Below, piece by piece: positions 58,041-64,000 of a stretch of 64,000 bases of DNA (positions are counted from its first letter, which is position 1; every line of letters begins with the position of its first letter). The notes beneath the pieces were generated by a model. The model did not search any database. It was not told the DNA's origin and was given only the letters and a program-made list of their open reading frames with translations. A program made the translations under genes and the position numbers. This DNA is from Macrostomum lignano (taxonomy: Eukaryota): assembly GCA_002269645.1 (NCBI GenBank), contig NIVC01001873.1, forward strand, positions 1-64,000, given 5' to 3'.

Positions 58041-58639
58041 AAAAAGCAGGATCAGAGGCCAGATTGCTGCTCCCAACTGCCGACGCCGACGTGGCGAGGT
58101 AGCTCGAATCCGGCAGGTTCGTCGTGGATGTCGCTATAGCTGTCGTTAGCAACCTGGTTAACTTGACAGAACTCGAAACACGCAATACTAATGTTACATG
58201 TATGGCGGCCACCGCTGCATTTGGCTCTGCAGTGTGGCAAAGCCATGGGGGCTATTTGGGTTAGCCACGTTATCCACACCATGCCATGAAGAGTCTGACA
58301 AAATCTCATCATGAAACGTCGGCTCAACAACTATGCATATTAGTTGTAGAGGCCTTTGTTCTCAGCATCCCGGGCACCAGGGTCCCCTTCATCACCGTCT
58401 GGAGCATCGGCGGCGACCATCGGGACTTTCAACAAAAGCACCCGATCGGCATCTCACAGACGGCTGCGTTCCTAAAACTGAAATGGAAGAATCCTCTTCT
58501 GCATGCAGCATTCAGTCAGTACACATAAACGGTGAATGAAATGGACGATGGCGACCCTCTAGGCTGACCTGTAGACATACAGGCGACTTTCGGGACCTTC
58601 AACGGAGTGCCACCACCCGGCCCTGACGAGCTGGCACCC

Positions 58640-59500
58640 CCAACATCGTGATTTTTCTACTAGACACCAGACCAGGCATGGCTGCATATTATACAATGCT
58701 TTTGCACCATGTTAAATTCGAAACTGCCGAATATCGTCAGCGGACTGCCGCAACGGACCAGCTCTACGGCATCCGACGCCTGTGGGACACCTTTGTCAGT
58801 CAGCTGCGCCATCCTGTTCTTTCCGGGCCGTACCTCTGCAACTAAAAAACTCTGGTTGTCTACTGGGGTGCGGACTGTGACTTCACGGTCTTTCTGAAGG
58901 AGAAGCCCAATCTTCTTCTTCTTCCATTCGGGCGCGCTCGGGCCAGGGCCCATGGCACCGGGAGTCAGACGGCTCCCGCCTTCCCGAGGAAGTTCGACAC
59001 CGCTGTGCAGTTCTTAAAAAACGGCCGTTGGCTCCGGGCTTGGCCCCCAACAGTCGCAATGGTGCAAAGCTGTTCCTGCTGACATCGGCTGGGAATCCAG
59101 AGATTCAGGATGACATCGACATCCGCAATGTTTTCGATGCGGAAATCTGCACTGGCAAAGGAACACTGCTGTCCACTACTTTTGCATCACAGGAATCCGA
59201 TGCTCGGCTGGCCTAGGGCTCAGAGGTGTGGAGTGGTGAGCAAGTTGTTTGCCGCTTGGCTGATCCATTCAGAGGACACTGGTACAATATTACATGTGAC
59301 AGATTATTCTCGAGTCCTGCGCTGGCCAATCACTTGTACCGAGAAATGGGATTCACGTTTCTTAGAACAGTGATGCGCACTCGTGGTGGCCTGCCAGCCG
59401 ATCTCAAGAATTCAACTCAAAACATGGCTCTACACACGAGCGAATTCCAGTTTTCTGAGGATCTCACGCGTGTGTCCTACTGCCTGTTCAGATCCTTCTG
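58640..59500 (+). mobile_element. piggyBac (PGBD4-like) transposase remnant
   Basis: HVKFETAEYRQRTAATDQLYGIRRLWDTFVSQL; GEQVVCRLADPFRGHWYNITCDRLFSSPALANHL...TFLRTVMRTRGGLP. Confidence 0.8.
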
Positions 59501-60085
59501 CTATGAATTTGCTATATTATCATTTTTGACATGCTGTAATATCATTTTTGACATACTGTAATTTCATTTCTGACAAATAAAATATGTTATATTTTTCAGT
59601 CACCAGTTAAATCTGTAACTCTCCAATTTAACATGGTGCAAAAGCATTGTATAATATGCAGACATGCCTGGTTTGGTGCCTTGATAGAAAAATCACGATG
59701 TTGGGGGTGCCAGCTCGTCAGGGCCGCACTCCGTTGAAGGTCTCGAAGGTCGTCCAGGCAGAGCTGAATGCTTAACATGGTAACATATCAGGACCATTGT
59801 ATATTATGCAGACATGCCTGGTTTGGTGAGAGATAGAGAAAGAGAGCAAGGAAGGAAGTTTTTTCCAGTAAATTTTAATCTATTTAAAAATTAAATAAAT
59901 ATTTAATATTTATATGCATATGCACTCTTAATTAAAAAAGTGCACCCTATTGAATTTCTATGATCTTAAACACTCTTTGGTCACATTTCGATTAATATCG
60001 AAATGAAATGAATATCGATGTAGATTCGATATAGAATTTTACACCTGATCGCAGCTCTCGGATTCGCTCATTCCTGCCTGAAAAT

Positions 60086-62025
60086 CCATAGTCAGAACTA
60101 TGTTGTTTCACGATTGGCCATAGACTAAAACAGCGGGCACGGAATGTCGCTGTGTGCCCGCTGCCCTGAGAATTCGTCTATGTCCAAAGCCCCTAAAGCC
60201 TGTTCATACAGCTGCAGTGAAGAGAGACGTGGAGGCATCGGACTAGAGCTGAGATTAGCTGCACTGATAGCTTATTCTGACGGCAACATGATCAATTTCA
60301 GTAAGATAGCAACAGGCGATATTAGTGGCCTGGCTAATTCTGAGCTGCAGTTAATATCTCGACTGTCCATGCATGTAGAATCAACGGTAGATCTGGGCTG
60401 GGCTGCCGGTCCTGGACCACGAGGAGGTCGAAGAATTCCTGAATTCCGCTATTGATCCGGAGTGTTCGCTACGAGACTTGGATGCGAAAGAACTTCAAAA
60501 CATTAAGGACACCGAGGCATCCTCAAAGTCGCCTTCGACATTGGCTACTACTCGGAACCACATTGAACGACTTAAGAAGTTCCTCCGCGAGAAGAAACTG
60601 CCTGAGGACATTGAGCGCATGCCACTGCGTTATGTCGACAGCTATTTGCGCCTCTGGTATGTAAGTTTGAAAGGAAATCCTGCCGTGGGGACAAAGACAT
60701 ATGCACCGGATACGATCCGGGGCTTCAGAGCCAGCGTGCACAGGTACATGATTGAGACACATGCGACTGACGTCATTGGGAATGAGCAATTTCGCCTGAG
60801 CAATGAAACCTACTCGTGCGTCCTGCGTTTGAGTTGCCAGTCGAGGGAGCGAACCGTTGGAGACCAACGAGGATTCAAGGCCATCACGGATTCCGACTTG
60901 TCCCTGCTGAGTGCGTACTGCCGTACTTCAACCGAAGGGACCCGGAGCGACTGCAAGACGAAGTGTTTTTTAACATTGTCTACCACTTTGGCTTCCGTGG
61001 TCGAGAATGGATAAGGGACCTGAAGGTATGCTCACTGCGGTTCTGCGATCACGAAGGTGTAGAGTGCATCGACATGGTTCAAACGGGTCCTGAGAAGACT
61101 TTGACTGCGGCAAGTATTCAGCAATGTTTAACCGGAAAGCAAACGAGGATGTTCAGTACTGGTGGCTCAAAGTGTCCAGTTGAGGCAGTGCAACTGTATC
61201 TCGCCAAATTCCCACCTGGTGTGGAGGCACTTTTTCCAAAGCCCATAAAGGTTCGTGCTGATTCTGATGTCTGGTACTCGGCCAAGCAGGTCTTGGGGAA
61301 GAACACGCTAAATGACATGATGAAGAACATCTCGCGGCGTGCAGGTCTTCAGTTGGAGTACACGAACCACTGCGTTCGTGCCAGTGTTGTAACCTACTTG
61401 GCAGAAGCTGGGCACAGTGTGAGAGAAATCAAGACTGTTACAGGTAACTTGTCTCCTGTTATGTTAATCATCTAAGTGCTTGTGTACCACCTGCGCCCAT
61501 TAAATAACAGTTCAGTACCTTGCCCCCTCCCACTCTACCAGGCCATCGCACTGATGCTGCAGTTGACCGCTATGTGAAAAGGATTTCTGAGAAGAGGAAA
61601 CAGCAAATTTCAAATTCGCTTACGAGTGCTCTGCATGGAACTGTGTCGGAGACTGAGGCCACCTCCTCAAAGCGTACATGGTCGTCATTGAGACTTCAGA
61701 GGCTAGCAACATCAATCAAAGACCGAACGCTATCCCAGCCGTGAGGCAATCATGCGACCCAAACGACCTCAAGCCTACCGCTGTACTGGAAAAGGATGGC
61801 GTCCGACTTAGTTTCTTCATTTAGTGGACTATAGACTAACGTGGAGTATTAAAGGAACTCATCTGGTCACATGCAGCCATTGCACACGCTATGTATACGT
61901 GACATATCGGTTGTACTTTTAATGCCATGTTCATAAGTTTCACTTTGTACTTTTCAAGTTTAATCGCAAAAAAATACAAAAAATTCTTGCGTTACAAACG
62001 TTTACGCTTATGCCATAGACAAAAT
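60086..62025 (+). mobile_element. Crypton-like YR transposon (copy 3)
   Basis: YR gene flanked in direct orientation by CCATAGTCAGAA (60086) / CCATAGACTAAAA (60118) and CCATAGACAAAAT (62013). Confidence 0.7.
60478..61744 (+). pseudogene. Crypton/DUF3504 tyrosine recombinase with one intron (61444-61541) and an 8-bp frameshifting duplication
   Basis: LKKFLREKKLP...YLRLWY...YAPDTIRGFRASVHRY; YHFGFRGREW; KCPVEAVQLYL; YTNHCVRAS; VTG|HRTDAAVDRY with ACAG|GTAACT...CTACCAG|GCCAT. Confidence 0.88.
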
Positions 62026-62189
62026 CTGCGGGCAACACACTGACGATTCCTTATAGGCCATCTTGCCCGCGAAATCGTGAGACAACGGGCTGTCTCTGTC
62101 CTTTTTCAAGTTCTCTGTCCCAGAGGTCGAAGCAGAAATTCAGAAGAGTGGGGTAAGACAAAGCAACAGGAACCAAGAGATCTAGAATT

Positions 62190-63150
62190 TTAAATTCAAG
62201 AAGATGCACTGCCGGATGACTTCCTTCAAAGGGATGTCTACATCGAAGAGAATGGCAGGCGCCACTTCATATTCGCACGCCAACGTCAACTGCAGCTGCT
62301 GGGACGTTGCAAGGAGTGGTTTGGCGACAGAACCTTCTTCGTCGTGAAGGAGCCCTTTCTACAGCTCTACATCTTCCACAGCAATGTGCGCAAGAATGAG
62401 TCAGTCAAACAGATACCGCTGGTCTACATTCTGATGTCCGGAAAGAGCAAGCGAGACTACCGACGTACGCTGCGGGCTCTCAAGGATATGCTTCCCAAGT
62501 GCCGACTGACAAGCATCGTGCTCGATTACGAAGCTGAAATAATGTGCAGAGCTGCTAAGTCTGTCTTTCTGGCAGGTGTGAAACTGCATGGGGTGCAGTT
62601 TTCACTATTCCCAGGCAATTTGGCGACACATCCAGTCAATGGGCCTGCAGCCAGCCTACGCGAACGACGAGACTGTACGAGCCTTCTGCCACAAATTGAT
62701 GGCACTGCCGTTTCTGCCAGGCAATTGTATGCATATATGCTGCATTCACTGAGCTGCAGCAGACGATCCAGAACCAACAGCTGCGCGAGCTGTGCGAGTA
62801 CCGCGTTGCCAACACATGGCTCAACAGCACAGTCTGGCAGCTGGACGAGATCAGCATCTTCCGCAGGAACATCAGAACAAACAATGGGCCTGAAGGCTAC
62901 GATCTGCAACGCCTCAACCAAAGGGCACGGAGCGGCAACCTGGGCTTCTACAAGCTTGCCTCGCTCCTTTACGATGAAGCGAGGGTAGTCACTCTTCACG
63001 CCAAGCTGCATGGTGTCTCAGGAGCAGCTTAGCCGCTAACCGAGGCTTGCCCAGCGCACCAAGGAGGCCAAGCTGATGCGTTATTGGTCCAAGTAACAGG
63101 CAGGCACCAAAACGGCAGCTCAATTGCTAAGTGCTGCGACCAAGTATGTA
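62190..63150 (+). mobile_element. Mutator-like (MULE) transposase remnant
   Basis: WFGDRTFFVVKEPFLQLYIFH...IPLVYILMSGKSKRDY...VLDYEAE...VKLHG, then IRTNNGPEG; frameshifted. Confidence 0.82.
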
Positions 63151-64000
63151 GTCGCCAAGTGACCAATTGCTTTCGTGAGCATTGCGTAACTGTGAAAAAT
63201 GCATGAATATATTTACATTTTTTACATTTGTGCATAATACAGTGTAATTGTTTGTATTTGAACGAGCTGTAACTTTTATGTACATGTATGAGTATTTGCT
63301 TCAATATGTTATACTTTGTTCTAAAAAAAAACAATTATTATACATACTTTACAAGTGATACTTGTATTTTAGTGTAGCTACCTAGTATCTTATATATGTT
63401 CTGCAAATTGCTTTTGTTTTCAAATCAATGTAGACGAGCTCCGTGTATCACAAAAATCCAAACAAAAGTTAGCGACTTCCGAAATAAACTAACTCCGCAT
63501 TGTTATGGTTGCATGAATTATAACAGTGTTTATGTCTCTCAAAATATATTACACGTCTATCAAATTATATTGTAAAAAATTTATGCATTATATAAATATA
63601 AAATGCATCATTATTTTATAAAAACTTGGCAATATATACATGGTCGTCTTCTGGCGTTACCGAACTGTCCTGGAAAATGTTACCGAACTGTCTTGAATAT
63701 TGTGGCAGTCGGGTGCCACTGGTCTGAATTTTAATGAACTGTTTTATTTTTAATAGCCCTAATTTAAACTGTTAAAAAAATTAATTTTTTTCTGTCCGTT
63801 CGCTGATCATTTTTTCCCATGTTCCTTTGATTGAAGACCCAGTGAGTGTTTTGCCATCCCATTCTGTGGAAAAACAGTTTTCCCCCGCTGGAATTTTGCT
63901 TAATTTTTTTGTTTTATTTTCTCAATTTGCATGTCATTAAAGCCGTTCCATCCGTTGTGTCCACGAACGAGATTTTGGTCCACCAGCGCGACCAGCGGCA

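Noticed and set aside
63657-63717. Short direct repeats TTACCGAACTGTC as the MULE right end
   Set aside because: No matching left terminus or TSD could be found, so not called.

Overview
Eukaryotic (animal) genomic DNA with GT-AG introns, GC-rich exons and AT-rich introns. Composition, RTE family and group-2 CAP gene suggest a free-living flatworm such as Macrostomum (inference only). Splice models built by hand: rhodopsin-class peptide GPCR with a 1-nt frameshift, UBXN4, MOK kinase, an orphan single-pass membrane protein, a PHF7/G2E3-like PHD/RING gene, a full BRD4-type BET gene with its C-terminal P-TEFb-binding exon, and a double-CAP (GAPR-1-like) gene. The rest is largely transposon debris (RTE, mariner, piggyBac, MULE, Gypsy, hAT MITEs, tRNA-SINEs, foldbacks) and minisatellites. 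Most notable: (1) three Crypton-type tyrosine-recombinase (YR) elements, one hidden antisense inside another, all bounded by the same CCATAGAC(A/T)AAA-like direct sites; (2) two dense TAGGCCTA clusters at the upstream edge of CpG-poor blocks 5' of two housekeeping genes; (3) a VLIG/URGCP-like fragment sandwiched between two pieces of one RTE reverse transcriptase. No CRISPR, rRNA or intact tRNA gene found. Many single-base indels could be long-read consensus errors rather than real mutations. Family assignments come from motif recognition, not database searches.
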